DNA of 64,000 nucleotides from an uncultured Candidatus Saccharibacteria bacterium (GCA_964424265.1 CAYRHX010000001.1:64498-128497); one strand, 5' to 3'. Numbered from the stretch's first letter, positions 30,284 through 40,523 are shown. Notes: generated from the letters alone by a model not told the origin. Translations and numbers: made by a program.

Positions 30284-30694
30284 CTACCAGTTGAGATAGG
30301 TGATGGTGAGTTGCAAAAAGGTCGCGAAGGTGCCCCACAATAGATACGGAATATTCGCATAGACGACCCAGCGGAGTGCGGGCGATGCATGCCAAAGAGC
30401 GCCGAGCGCCCAGATGAGCGTGCCGAGAACGAGCACAATATCGATCGATGCCAGGAGATTGTTCTTGAGACCAAATTGAATTGGTGTAAACGCAAAATTG
30501 AAGATGAGATTGAGCGCAAAAGGAAGTGCGACCATCCACGAAATCTGTTTCGTCACTGTTTTATAAAAGACGGTAGCGAAGGAAACCGCAATAATCGCAT
30601 ACAGCACCGTCCACACAGGGCCAAAAATCCACGATGGCGGGGCCCATGTCGGCTTGATGAGATATGAGTACCAGGTGTAGGTTTCTGTGTTCAT
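30284..30694 (-). CDS. TspO/MBR-family membrane protein (tryptophan-rich sensory protein)
   Basis: PSWIFGPVWTVLY motif, five TM helices, and a Trp-rich sequence. Confidence 0.7.
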   Translation of the reverse strand: MNTETYTWYSYLIKPTWAPPSWIFGPVWTVLYAIIAVSFATVFYKTVTKQISWMVALPFALNLIFNFAFTPIQFGLKNNLLASIDIVLVLGTLIWALGALWHASPALRWVVYANIPYLLWGTFATFLQLTITYLNW

Positions 30695-30782
30695 ATTATA
30701 CGCGAACCATTGTTATGGGCGGAAATGCAGTATATAGCACTCTTTCGCCAGTGGCATAGACTCCGAGCGCCCCTGAAAATGT

Positions 30783-31433
30783 CTACTTCCTTCCCCTTCC
30801 TCCTCCAGATGCCTGAGAGAAGTACGCGACAAGACCATCATACATAGCTTGTGCCTCTGCCTGGATATGCGCTTGCGCGCCCAAGAAGTCGCACGCCTCG
30901 CTTTCGTTGGTGATAAAGAATGATTCAGTAAGTACACCTGGAAGCGATCCGTAGACGGTCATTCCATACCCATCGCTCTTAATACCTTTATCGATAAGAT
31001 CGAGTGCGGACACGATTTTCGGATGGATAAAACTCGCTAAGACCTTATCGTTCTTCTGCGTGACAAAACTCTGTGTGTAATTGGCTGTGGTGTTGGTAGA
31101 GCCATTGTGATGGATGGAGATCAGTACGTCAGAATTAGCCTTTTCAGCATCGGCCACTCGGTCGCTTCTTGAGGATAGTTGTGCCACTTCGTAGCCAGTA
31201 CCTCCATCAGCATCAATCTTCGCCTTGAGGAGAGTTCGCACGGCAAGATTTACATCTGCTTCAGCAACAGGCACGCCAGCACAATAACCAGTAGCACCGC
31301 CTCCATCGCTACCACCATGACCCGCATCAAGCGCAACAACCTTGCCTGCCAGCGGCGAAACTTCTGCAATAGCAAGTGCCGGTAATGCGATAAAACTGAA
31401 AATAAGCGCCGGAATAATTATTAGATTCTTCAT
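30783..31433 (-). CDS. N-acetylmuramoyl-L-alanine amidase (Amidase_3 family), secreted
   Basis: LDAGHGGSDGGG ... ISIHHNGS zinc-binding motifs. Signal peptide from MKNLIIIPALIFSF, and the start is trimmed to that Met. Confidence 0.8.
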   Translation of the reverse strand: MKNLIIIPALIFSFIALPALAIAEVSPLAGKVVALDAGHGGSDGGGATGYCAGVPVAEADVNLAVRTLLKAKIDADGGTGYEVAQLSSRSDRVADAEKANSDVLISIHHNGSTNTTANYTQSFVTQKNDKVLASFIHPKIVSALDLIDKGIKSDGYGMTVYGSLPGVLTESFFITNESEACDFLGAQAHIQAEAQAMYDGLVAYFSQASGGGRGRK

Positions 31434-31574
31434 ACCGCCATTGTAACTAATCTTATGAGTTTCGTATATACCACCATCACCCTGCGAAGGCCATTGGTCA
31501 TGCGATGATGTTACCAGAATTTCAAGCATCTCCCCCCCCCGTAACTCGAGCTCAACATCTGGTATTATGGAGGC

Positions 31575-31874
31575 ATGACCAAGAACCCACAGGTCAATGC
31601 GCTTGGGGCGGGGCTGTATATCGTCTTTGTCGTTCTCCTTATTACCTACGGCCCCACGTTTGTACGAGATGAACCGGACACCATCTTCGCTCCCATTGCG
31701 ATGCTAAGCCTCCTTGTGCTCTCGGTCGTTTTCATGGGATACACATTCTTTTTCCAGCCCGTTCTCATGTACATCGATGGCCAGAAGCGTGAAGCAATAG
31801 AACTCTTTACGAAAACACTCTTCACATTCGCAGCGGTTACTGCAATCGTGGTGACCGTGGCTTTTTCTCTTTGA
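31575..31874 (+). CDS. Small hypothetical membrane protein
   Basis: 99 aa with three hydrophobic helices. Divergent from the large gene next door. Confidence 0.35.
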   Translation: MTKNPQVNALGAGLYIVFVVLLITYGPTFVRDEPDTIFAPIAMLSLLVLSVVFMGYTFFFQPVLMYIDGQKREAIELFTKTLFTFAAVTAIVVTVAFSL

Positions 31875-31930
31875 ATACTGCTTTCGAGCGACTGAACTGA
31901 TGTACCCCCCAATCTAGGCGATACGAAACT

Positions 31931-34840
31931 TTACGCAGTTTTCCTTGATGCGAGAATATCCCACTGTGCTTGAATATCCAAAATCGCGCGTTCTTCTTCG
32001 GTCACAGATTGGCCCGATTGGAGTTTATTCGCAATAGAGGATACCCTCTCCAACATCGATACGAAGAGAGATTGCATTGCGTGCATGAATTCGTATCCGT
32101 GATCCATTGAATGATTGTGTGCAATTTCGTGAGTGAACGTGCTTAATGCCTCGGTAAAGGCGACGTCAAGGAGCGACGCGTGCAACCCGATTGCTTTCTG
32201 ACCGATATTGACTCCTTTTGAGCCTGTACCTCCGTAGAGGAATAGGTCGTTTGGAAGCGCAGCACTGGTCGTAACGTGGGCGTAATGGCGCAGCAATCCA
32301 AGTTGAGCAAGCTGGCGCTCGCTGGGACTAGTGATAAGTTCGAAGTCATCGATCTCATGCTCACCGGGAGACATGCGCTCGACTATTTCTTTAAGCCGCC
32401 TTCTAACTCCTTGAAGCGCTGCCTCAGCTGGCGAAATTTCTCGGACTTCGCGTCGACTTTCGATATTTGCTTGATTGTCAGCATCCACGAGCTCAAATAA
32501 ACCCTTGCCTGTGAGGTAGTTCGCATTATCACCGAGCTTGCCGTAGAAATCGGGTGACGCTCTCCAGATTAGATACTGTTCCGCAGCGCTTTTTCCTGTT
32601 GGAGCTTCAATTTTTCTACGCGGCACTGCGGCTTCAAGTGATTCGATCATTGCCAACATTCCTGGTAGATCTTTCTCCATTTGCGTGATGCGATCCTTGT
32701 CTGTATCCGAAAGTGTAGTCTCGACAGGAGTTGCTTCGCGTCCCCCGACTTTACCCTCGGGCTGATCGACAGGTATATTTTTAAAGTCATTTTTTACTCG
32801 TTCCCACTTCAAAATAGCTTCATCCTCTTCTGGAGTACGAGCATCTGGGGCTTTGGCACTCGCAATCTCGTAAAGATTCTGATCTCCAGGAGTCCATTGC
32901 TCTTTTTCAGTCCCCGCCTTTTGCTGCTTTGGCTGCGCTTCTCTCTCTATCGCAGGCTGTGTCGGTCTCTGTTCAGGCATTTCTTGTTCTGGTACTACGG
33001 TACTGACGCTTCGAATGCTTAACTTTTGGAGCGCAGCGTCATAAAGGACTTTAGCGTTTTCTTCGGAAAGTTCCAATTCCATGAACACACCGCCCCCTGC
33101 TTTGTGCGGAGTATTACGTGCGATAAGAACATTCGCTTTGACTACCGCATCGTAGCTCAATCCGAAAGTCGTCACGAACGCCCCTTGAGACGTGAAGATC
33201 TTTTTAAATAGTTTGTTTTCCAATCCGGCAGCCGCAATGCCCCGGATGCTATAAAGCATGCGTTGCTCATCAGTAGCGGGGCGGGAAAGCCGGTGCGTGA
33301 GAAGTTCTGAGGGAACTTCAGTTTTTAGTTTGAATCGAAGAGTTGTTATTGACGATCCCACCCATTCTACGGCAGCGATCTCGTTTTGTATGTCACTGGT
33401 CAATCGATCGAAAAACTTAGCGGGATCTTTTCCGTCATACATCGCATGATCAACCTCAATACCATGCTCCTCCGCCATCCGAGCTAGTTGAAAGCTGGAA
33501 AGCTGTGGCGTTCTGTTGCTCGCGACCTCGATTGCGCCGAGCTTACTACTAGCGGTTGGCATACCGAGCTTTCCAAAGAAATTGGGACAAACGACGTACC
33601 CATCCTTTCGCAACTCCTCGATCTGCGCAGCAGAAACGGCGCTGTCGACAGCGATATATTTTTCGTATTTTGGAAGCGAAAACGCCTCCTTCCATTCGCG
33701 CGGATCGTATTTCTTCCAAGATAACTGTGTTGCGATTTTGTCGAGCACGACCATGAACCCTTCTTTCTCGAATGAATAACCGCCTCCGGGATTTCCAGCC
33801 CATAAGTGTTCTGATTCTTTAAGTTGTGCCAAAAGATCCTCTTTTGTCATGGCACTCACAAATCCATCGAGATACGTGCCGAGGTCGAAAGCGCCTATGG
33901 GTGGTCGATCGATGCTCATTTTGTACTTCACGTTGTTGAGTTGAAGGCTCAGGCCTTCAGGTCCGTCCCAATATCGAGATGGGTCTGCATCAACTTTTTT
34001 GTAATGCATGACTTGACCGTTCAGAAAAAGTCTCCCACGTGGTATTGCGCCTGTTTCCAAGCGAGGTAACCATCGTATCTTTCCGTTTGGATTTTCGTAC
34101 TGCGAGTCTCTGAGAAACGGGTTTTCTTTCGAGACTCCAAGGGTTGAGAGTTCGCTCAGGGCTGCAATAACGACGGGGTTATCTGTTTCTATGATGTATG
34201 CATTGCTTCCCATAATTTTAGATTGCTCAATCGCACCGATAAGCCAATCGAATCGCAGCGCTTGTTTGGGATCACGGAGCTCCGGATGAGTCTTCGCAAG
34301 ATTCTGTCGCTTTGCTTCAAGCTCTTGTGCTCGCGCTAGCTGGTAGCGTACGAGCCATCCCTCTCCTTGCACGTCGAATGTGCTCACGCCGAAATCGCGT
34401 AATAGGCGGAGCGCTGTTTGTTTGAGACCAATCCCGTTTCCACCTGCGGTATTAAAGTTCACGGGTTTGTCCGAGTGCGGCGCAAGTACTCCAGTTGCGT
34501 CTTCAAAAGGCCATTTTCCGCTTATTGTGAATCGAGTCTTGCCGCTTTTCATCTTTTCCGAAGCAAAATGAACACCGTTCAAAGTCCCGGGGTCAGCCTG
34601 GTTGTGATCGACAAAATTCTGTATAAGCTCCCGAGCAAGCCAAGGTGGCGGATATGCATCACGAGACTTGTCGATGAATGTGTCGGTTGCGATCGGTTGC
34701 GCATGAATGCCTTCTTGTTCAAGCATCCATGTGACTAATTTTGGCTGGGCCACGAGTGCACTTCGCGGAATTTCACGCGCTGCCTCCTCAACTTTTTTCT
34801 TGTCATTTCTTCCGGTGAGGCCTCCAAGAAAATTCTTCAT
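31931..34840 (-). CDS. Large (969 aa) protein with an N-terminal GHKL/sacsin-Hsp90-type ATPase signature and a C-terminal HExxH motif; function unknown
   Basis: N-box-like LARELIQNFVDHNQADPG and G1-box-like NTAGGNGIGLKQTALRLL near the N-terminus. C-terminal THEIAHNHSMDHGYEF is a zincin-like HExxH motif. The ORF is uninterrupted and immediately followed by tRNA-Gln. Confidence 0.6.
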   Translation of the reverse strand: MKNFLGGLTGRNDKKKVEEAAREIPRSALVAQPKLVTWMLEQEGIHAQPIATDTFIDKSRDAYPPPWLARELIQNFVDHNQADPGTLNGVHFASEKMKSGKTRFTISGKWPFEDATGVLAPHSDKPVNFNTAGGNGIGLKQTALRLLRDFGVSTFDVQGEGWLVRYQLARAQELEAKRQNLAKTHPELRDPKQALRFDWLIGAIEQSKIMGSNAYIIETDNPVVIAALSELSTLGVSKENPFLRDSQYENPNGKIRWLPRLETGAIPRGRLFLNGQVMHYKKVDADPSRYWDGPEGLSLQLNNVKYKMSIDRPPIGAFDLGTYLDGFVSAMTKEDLLAQLKESEHLWAGNPGGGYSFEKEGFMVVLDKIATQLSWKKYDPREWKEAFSLPKYEKYIAVDSAVSAAQIEELRKDGYVVCPNFFGKLGMPTASSKLGAIEVASNRTPQLSSFQLARMAEEHGIEVDHAMYDGKDPAKFFDRLTSDIQNEIAAVEWVGSSITTLRFKLKTEVPSELLTHRLSRPATDEQRMLYSIRGIAAAGLENKLFKKIFTSQGAFVTTFGLSYDAVVKANVLIARNTPHKAGGGVFMELELSEENAKVLYDAALQKLSIRSVSTVVPEQEMPEQRPTQPAIEREAQPKQQKAGTEKEQWTPGDQNLYEIASAKAPDARTPEEDEAILKWERVKNDFKNIPVDQPEGKVGGREATPVETTLSDTDKDRITQMEKDLPGMLAMIESLEAAVPRRKIEAPTGKSAAEQYLIWRASPDFYGKLGDNANYLTGKGLFELVDADNQANIESRREVREISPAEAALQGVRRRLKEIVERMSPGEHEIDDFELITSPSERQLAQLGLLRHYAHVTTSAALPNDLFLYGGTGSKGVNIGQKAIGLHASLLDVAFTEALSTFTHEIAHNHSMDHGYEFMHAMQSLFVSMLERVSSIANKLQSGQSVTEEERAILDIQAQWDILASRKTA

Positions 34841-35030
34841 ATTTGAGTAAATCTGGAGAAGTACCGTAATGTTAGCACACGGAACGAAGCGGGGGCGATG
34901 GGGCGATTAGTCCTCTGTCGGGTTCTCGCGAAAATATATTCGGACTTTTTCTAACAAACACAGCAAACTTAGACACCCTTCGGAATTTTTGAAACCAAGA
35001 GGCGCGCTTCCGAGGGTCATTCAATTCGGA

Positions 35031-35101
35031 CTGCGGGACTTGGATTCGAACCAAGATACACTGCTCCAGAGGCAGTAGTCCTACCATTAGACGATCCCGC
35101 A
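35031..35101 (-). tRNA. tRNA-Gln (anticodon CTG)
   Basis: Minus-strand cloverleaf TGCGGGA...ACTGC-CTCTGGA-GCAGT...GGTTCGAATCC...TCCCGCA-G. It has the U1:A72 pair and G73 discriminator typical of bacterial tRNA-Gln. CCA is not encoded. Confidence 0.85.
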
Positions 35102-35180
35102 CTATTTTGAAGTTACCGATCACCGACCCCAAAAACGAAACGGGCGGACGATCCGGCAATAAGGTACAACTTACACGAAT

Positions 35181-36101
35181 TTAGACTTTATTCAACGGAC
35201 ACGTGCGGCCATCCCTCTTGAGTTCAACGGGGATTTCTTCGACGTACATCACGCCGCTTGAATCTAATGCAACCCTCACAGTGAGCCCGTGGCTCACCGC
35301 ATCATCCCAATACTGATCGAAGATCAGATTGCCAAGAGAGTAGTAGATGTATTTTTCTTTATAAAATTCTCGCTCCCCTACCACGTGCGGATGCGATCCG
35401 ATAATAATCTCTGCTCCCGCGTCTACAAATCGATGAGCAAGCGCGCGTATGTATTCGGGAGTAGTCGACGAATATTCGACCCCCCAGTGCGTGTAGACGA
35501 TGGGCAGCCTCCCCTTTCCCCGCACCTCTATTATTTGTCGCACGGTCGTCGTAGCGTTTCCGCCAAACTCATTGTAGTTGATAAATGAGAGAAATACTCC
35601 GCCTACCTCTTCGGCAGCTACCGTAAAATCGAGCGGGTCTCCAAAGTAGCCAACACGAGCGTCCTCGAGCGCGGCCGTGGTCGAGCTAACGCCGCTCTGA
35701 CCAAAGTTTTCGATGTGGTTGTTGCCAAGATTCACGAGACGAATGTTATGCGCATACAAAAGATCCGCGGTGGAGGTCGGAAATGTAAACGTCATGTTCT
35801 CAATAGAGCCCGACACGGTGCCAATGCTGACGGAAGCATGATCGGTCATGGGACCCTCGAGATTTGCTACTACCAAATTCTCATCTTCGAGCAGCGGATC
35901 AATACAAGAAAAAATAAAATCTCCCCCTTTCTCTTTTGCGATTGAGCGAATCGAGCGATCAAGCATCATGTCTCCACCAAACAATATTGAAACGTGCGAG
36001 GACCGTACCTCCGGAGCGGCATGCGCGGGAAAGACGTTGAAATTAAAAAGTGCTGCGACGGATGCGACGATAGTGGCAAATATCTGTGTAAAATCAGCCA
36101 T
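35181..36101 (-). CDS. CapA/PgsA-family metallophosphoesterase (poly-gamma-glutamate synthesis-like)
   Basis: IFGGDMMLDRSIRS ... ANLEGP ... GSHPHVVG pattern of CapA, with an N-terminal signal/TM segment. Confidence 0.75.
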   Translation of the reverse strand: MADFTQIFATIVASVAALFNFNVFPAHAAPEVRSSHVSILFGGDMMLDRSIRSIAKEKGGDFIFSCIDPLLEDENLVVANLEGPMTDHASVSIGTVSGSIENMTFTFPTSTADLLYAHNIRLVNLGNNHIENFGQSGVSSTTAALEDARVGYFGDPLDFTVAAEEVGGVFLSFINYNEFGGNATTTVRQIIEVRGKGRLPIVYTHWGVEYSSTTPEYIRALAHRFVDAGAEIIIGSHPHVVGEREFYKEKYIYYSLGNLIFDQYWDDAVSHGLTVRVALDSSGVMYVEEIPVELKRDGRTCPLNKV

Positions 36102-37148
36102 TTATCCGGTGATTCCTGCGAGCGAGTGAGGCTTGCCTTCGGCGATCGCTGCGTGCGTAATACGAATGAATTGTGCTTTCTTTTCGAATTCGGCAATCGT
36201 GCTCGCTCCTACATACCCCATACCTACTTGAATACCCGACGCGAGCTCGGCAATGATCTCACTCACAGGCCCTTTATATGGCACAAGCGCCTCGACACCC
36301 TCGGGCACGGCTTTACGACCGTGCGTAAAGTATCGCTCAGACCCAGACGCACTCTTGATTACCGCCTGTGATCCCATCCCGCGATACTCTTTGAATTTCC
36401 TCCTATCTTTCTCTACCGTCTTTCCCGGCGTTTCATCACTGCCGGCAAACAAATTCCCGAGCATGACGGCTGACGCACCGGCAGCAAGCGCTTTCGCAAT
36501 GTCACCCGATGTGCGAATACCGCCGTCTGCTATGACAGGCACCTTGTATTTCTTTGCCACTGCCGCCACTTCGAGCACCGCAGAAAGCTGCGGCACGCCA
36601 ACGCCCGAGATGATGCGTGTGGTGCAAATCGATCCAGGACCCACGCCCACTTTTATCGCATCCGCAAAGGTACAAGCGGCCTTCGCTGCCTCTCCAGTCG
36701 CGATATTCCCAAAAATCATTTTTGCATGCTTAAGATTCTTCTTTATTTTCCTCGCGCTCTCCACAACATTCAAATTGTGTCCGTGCGCGCAGTCAATGAC
36801 GATCGCATCACACCCCGCTTCGTCGAGTGCACGCGCTCGATCGGCCGCGAACGGCCCGCATGCGGCCGCCACGGGTACGCCAGCTTTTTTCGCCTCGCGC
36901 ACCATGCGTACTTGCTCTTCAATTGAGCAGTTGCGGTGGATGACGCCAAGCCCGCCAAGATTGCCAAGCGCCACTGCCATCTGTACTTCCGTCACGCGAT
37001 CCATCGCTGCAGAGAGGAATGGGACCGAGAGGTCGATGCCCGCAATTTTTGTTTTGAGAGATGCTTCGGCAGGCTCCATCTGTGAGGCGCCCGGCCGGAT
37101 CAAGACATCATCGAAGGTAAAGCCTTCTTTGAGAATTTTGATAGCCAT
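36102..37148 (-). CDS. IMP dehydrogenase/GMP reductase-family protein lacking CBS domains
   Basis: N-terminal GFTFDDVLIRPG and catalytic loop GVGPGSICTTR. Length 348 aa with no CBS insert. Confidence 0.8.
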   Translation of the reverse strand: MAIKILKEGFTFDDVLIRPGASQMEPAEASLKTKIAGIDLSVPFLSAAMDRVTEVQMAVALGNLGGLGVIHRNCSIEEQVRMVREAKKAGVPVAAACGPFAADRARALDEAGCDAIVIDCAHGHNLNVVESARKIKKNLKHAKMIFGNIATGEAAKAACTFADAIKVGVGPGSICTTRIISGVGVPQLSAVLEVAAVAKKYKVPVIADGGIRTSGDIAKALAAGASAVMLGNLFAGSDETPGKTVEKDRRKFKEYRGMGSQAVIKSASGSERYFTHGRKAVPEGVEALVPYKGPVSEIIAELASGIQVGMGYVGASTIAEFEKKAQFIRITHAAIAEGKPHSLAGITG

Positions 37149-37177
37149 GTGCCATTATACTTCGCGCACAGAAAATG

Positions 37178-37918
37178 TCAACCGACCGTCCGTGCGACGC
37201 TCGCAGTAAGCGCACGGTGGTCTGAAACACCAGAGATAAGCTCGACATCGGAAACAGAGTACGCGGGAGTGGAGAACATGCCGTCGACCATGAGCTCAAG
37301 ACCATCGATGCGATGACGCTCAGGATCAAGACTGCTCGCGTACTTTGCGGGTATGTTGTCCTTATATGCTGCACTCAAGACGGAAAAGATCTCTCTCCCC
37401 CGTGGCGCATTAAAGTCTCCCACGAGAACAAGCTCTCCGAGCGGGGCGAGTATGCGCAGAAGCTCCTTCACGTCTCGCCTCTGATCAACGTCGGCCTGCC
37501 CATCGGGTGTCCAAGTAAAGTGTGTGGTCGCGATGCGATATGGCACTCCGTCTTTCTGCACATCGCACCACACGAGCGGAAAGTTTTTGTTGTTCCAGGT
37601 CTCGGGATTATCTTGATCAAGCTCCGGCAGATGCGCTGGATCACCCCTATAGAAAATCACGCCAGAATCGCTGACGGGAAGCTTGGTAAAAATACCGACC
37701 CCAAAAATCCGCGGGGGGTCATCACGTATATATCGCGACATGGGTGCGAATATGCACGGCGCATCGCCCAGCGCTTTCGAGAGTTTCGGGATATCTGTCT
37801 CGTACAATTCTTGAATGCATGCCACATCGGACATTTTAGATTCCAAAAAGGGTAATACCAGGGGCAAATGATTTGCACGCTGAATATTGAGAGAAAGAAG
37901 CTGGAGCGGCCTCCTCAT
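37178..37918 (-). CDS. Endonuclease/exonuclease/phosphatase (EEP)-family protein
   Basis: LLSLNIQ ... CIQE ... GDFNAPRG ... SDHRAL EEP motifs. Overlaps the pyrG stop by 4 nt. Confidence 0.7.
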   Translation of the reverse strand: MRRPLQLLSLNIQRANHLPLVLPFLESKMSDVACIQELYETDIPKLSKALGDAPCIFAPMSRYIRDDPPRIFGVGIFTKLPVSDSGVIFYRGDPAHLPELDQDNPETWNNKNFPLVWCDVQKDGVPYRIATTHFTWTPDGQADVDQRRDVKELLRILAPLGELVLVGDFNAPRGREIFSVLSAAYKDNIPAKYASSLDPERHRIDGLELMVDGMFSTPAYSVSDVELISGVSDHRALTASVARTVG

Positions 37919-39570
37919 GAAGTCTTTCTTTCAGTTGCAGCTTTTATGAAGGCGTCAAATAAAGGGTGCGGAGAGAGCGGGCGCGCCTTGAGCTCAGGGT
38001 GGAATTGGGTCCCCACCATAAAGGGATGCACGCTTTTCGGGAGTTCTGCGATCTCCATCAGTTGACCATCGAGCCAGCGACCGGAAAACACGAGGCCCGC
38101 CTTCTCAAGCTGTTCTACATAAACGGGGTTTATTTCGTATCGATGACGATGACGTTCGGAGATTCTCGCCGTCCCATATGCCTCGCGAACAATGGTCCCC
38201 TCGTTGAGAACGCAGGGATACGCCCCGAGCCGCATGGAGCCGCCGTAATCTCTTTTGGCGAGTTTTTTCTTTTGCTCGGGAAGGATGTCTATCACGGGAT
38301 GCGGCGTTTTAGGGTTGATCTCCGTCGTGTTCGCACCTGTGAGTCCCACCACATTCCTCGCGTACTCGATAACTTGCATGTGCAGACCATAACAAAGACC
38401 AAAGTATGGGATCTTATTCTCACGAGCATATTGCGCGGTTTTAATCTTTCCCTCGATGCCGGTTTCTCCAAACCCGCCCGGGACAATGATTCCGTCGTAC
38501 GCACTGAGCGATGCGATGGGTAATGTCCCATCCTGGATTTCCTTGGCGTTGATCCAAGAAATTTGCGGCTTCTTTCCCTGCGCATATGCTGAGAACTTTA
38601 TTGCCTCGATGACAGAGAGGTATGCATCTGAGAGTACGAAATCTCCTGTATCGAAATATTTACCCACGATGCCTATTTTCACCGTTTCGTGTCCGTTGTG
38701 CGCATGTTCCACAAACGACTTCCACTCCGAAAAATTCGGCGTCTGCTTGGCGCGCTTCCCCATGAGACTCATGAGTACATCGCCCAGCTTGTCGCGCTCA
38801 AAATTCAACGGCACATCGTATATCGATTCGACATCAGGTGCGGAAATGATGCGATCCGCCTGGACGTTGCACCAGATTGCGAGTTTTTCTTTTCGCTTCT
38901 TGTCTAACGTGTGCGTGGATCGCGCAATGATGATATCGGGTTGAACACCATATGAATTCAACATACGCACTGCGTTTTGCGTCGGCTTCGTCTTCATCTC
39001 GCCTATCGTATTAGGGACCGGAAGATACGAAACCATGACGAAAAGCACGTCGGACGGATGTTCGAGATGCATCACCCGCGCCGCTTCGATAAAGAGAGCA
39101 TTTTGGAAATCCCCCACCGTCCCCCCGATCTCGACCACTGAGACATCGGAATCTGCTACTTTCGCTGCATTTTTGAGACGCTCGATGACCTCATCGCGTA
39201 CGTGCGGAATCGTTTCCACGCACTTCCCGCCGTACCCGAGATTCCTCTCGCGAGCGATCACCGACGCGTAGACCATGCCACTTGTCATGTAATCGTCCGG
39301 CCCAAGATCGCGACCAAGGAAGCGCTCATAATTTCCCATATCTTGATCAGTCTCCAGTCCCGAATCCAAGATGAAGCACTCCCCATGCTCAATCGGATTC
39401 ATAGTCCCGGCATCAACATTTAAGTACGGGTCGATCTTTACAAGATTGACCGAAAGTCCGCGTGCCATGAGAAGCTTTCCGATTGATGCGGTAGCGATCC
39501 CTTTTCCGACGGCCGACATGACACCGCCCACAACGAAAACATACTTATGACCTGCGCGCGCACGCTTCAT
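37915..39570 (-). CDS. pyrG: CTP synthase
   Basis: N-terminal VFVVGGVMSAVGKGI, a GATase domain with GLCYGLH, and a length of 551 aa. Confidence 0.95.
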   Translation of the reverse strand: MKRARAGHKYVFVVGGVMSAVGKGIATASIGKLLMARGLSVNLVKIDPYLNVDAGTMNPIEHGECFILDSGLETDQDMGNYERFLGRDLGPDDYMTSGMVYASVIARERNLGYGGKCVETIPHVRDEVIERLKNAAKVADSDVSVVEIGGTVGDFQNALFIEAARVMHLEHPSDVLFVMVSYLPVPNTIGEMKTKPTQNAVRMLNSYGVQPDIIIARSTHTLDKKRKEKLAIWCNVQADRIISAPDVESIYDVPLNFERDKLGDVLMSLMGKRAKQTPNFSEWKSFVEHAHNGHETVKIGIVGKYFDTGDFVLSDAYLSVIEAIKFSAYAQGKKPQISWINAKEIQDGTLPIASLSAYDGIIVPGGFGETGIEGKIKTAQYARENKIPYFGLCYGLHMQVIEYARNVVGLTGANTTEINPKTPHPVIDILPEQKKKLAKRDYGGSMRLGAYPCVLNEGTIVREAYGTARISERHRHRYEINPVYVEQLEKAGLVFSGRWLDGQLMEIAELPKSVHPFMVGTQFHPELKARPLSPHPLFDAFIKAATERKTS

Positions 39571-39584
39571 ATCCTATAAGACTA

Positions 39585-40514
39585 TCACGCGTCAAGGTAC
39601 CTACGAACAGCAAGGTAACTGGATAGCGCTCCGAGGGCTATGCCTGAGCCCATAATTACGAAGAAAAACAAGGGGAAAGCACCAATATAGTACGTAAATA
39701 CGTTGAATGACCCCAGGAAACGCTCCGTGCCGGGCCCGAGCCACAACGTGAGCGGGTAGAGTATGAGTAATACAGCCACTCCAGAAATGGCACCGTAGAG
39801 AATGCCCGCAATGACAAAAGGCCCTCGGACAAACCATCGAGAAGCGCCTACAAGATTCATTACGCCGATCTCGTCGCGCGATGTATAGATGGTGAGACGA
39901 ATCGTATTGAAAGCAATGAGCAACGACGCGAAACCAAGTACAAGAGCGAGCGCAAAGCCGAGTCGCCTCGACGTCCCGATGATGTTCGTCAAGCGATCGA
40001 TCGCTGTTTTATTTTGTGAGAAGTTCACTTTTTCGATGGCGGCGCCAGCATCCGAACGGGCGGCCTGTTGATCTGCCAGATATTTTGAAATCGCCTCATA
40101 CTGTGAAGTGTCTTTCGCCTGGATTTCAAGCGATGCTCCGAGAGGATTTCCGCCGAGCTCTTCGAGAGCCTGCATTGTGAGCTGGTCATTCTTATGCCGT
40201 GCTTGAAATTGAGAAAGCGCATCTTCCCTTGAGACATACACTACCGACGAGACCTGCGGAAGCGCTTCTACGGCTCGCTTCACTTCAGAAATCTGGCTTT
40301 CTGAGGCACTGGTCGTGAAATAGACCGTCACGTCGACTTTGTTCGTAAGCTGTTGAAGCACTGAATTAAGCGCGGCGCCCCCCATCATGAGTGCCGCGAC
40401 CACAAAGAGTGTGATCGTCATGATGAGAACACCCGCGAGCGAAACAAAGCCATTGCGGATAAATCCTACAAATCCGTATCTCCCCACCCTCTTAATCGTC
40501 GCCCAGTAAGACAT
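39585..40514 (-). CDS. ftsX: Cell-division ABC transporter permease FtsX
   Basis: FtsX topology with an N-terminal TM helix, a periplasmic loop and three C-terminal TM helices. Directly downstream of ftsE. Confidence 0.8.
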   Translation of the reverse strand: MSYWATIKRVGRYGFVGFIRNGFVSLAGVLIMTITLFVVAALMMGGAALNSVLQQLTNKVDVTVYFTTSASESQISEVKRAVEALPQVSSVVYVSREDALSQFQARHKNDQLTMQALEELGGNPLGASLEIQAKDTSQYEAISKYLADQQAARSDAGAAIEKVNFSQNKTAIDRLTNIIGTSRRLGFALALVLGFASLLIAFNTIRLTIYTSRDEIGVMNLVGASRWFVRGPFVIAGILYGAISGVAVLLILYPLTLWLGPGTERFLGSFNVFTYYIGAFPLFFFVIMGSGIALGALSSYLAVRRYLDA

Positions 40515-40523
40515 ACGGATATT

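Noticed and set aside
36253-37209. 318-aa plus-strand ORF antisense to the IMPDH-like gene
   Set aside because: Ala/Ser/Pro-rich shadow ORF of a highly conserved minus-strand gene.
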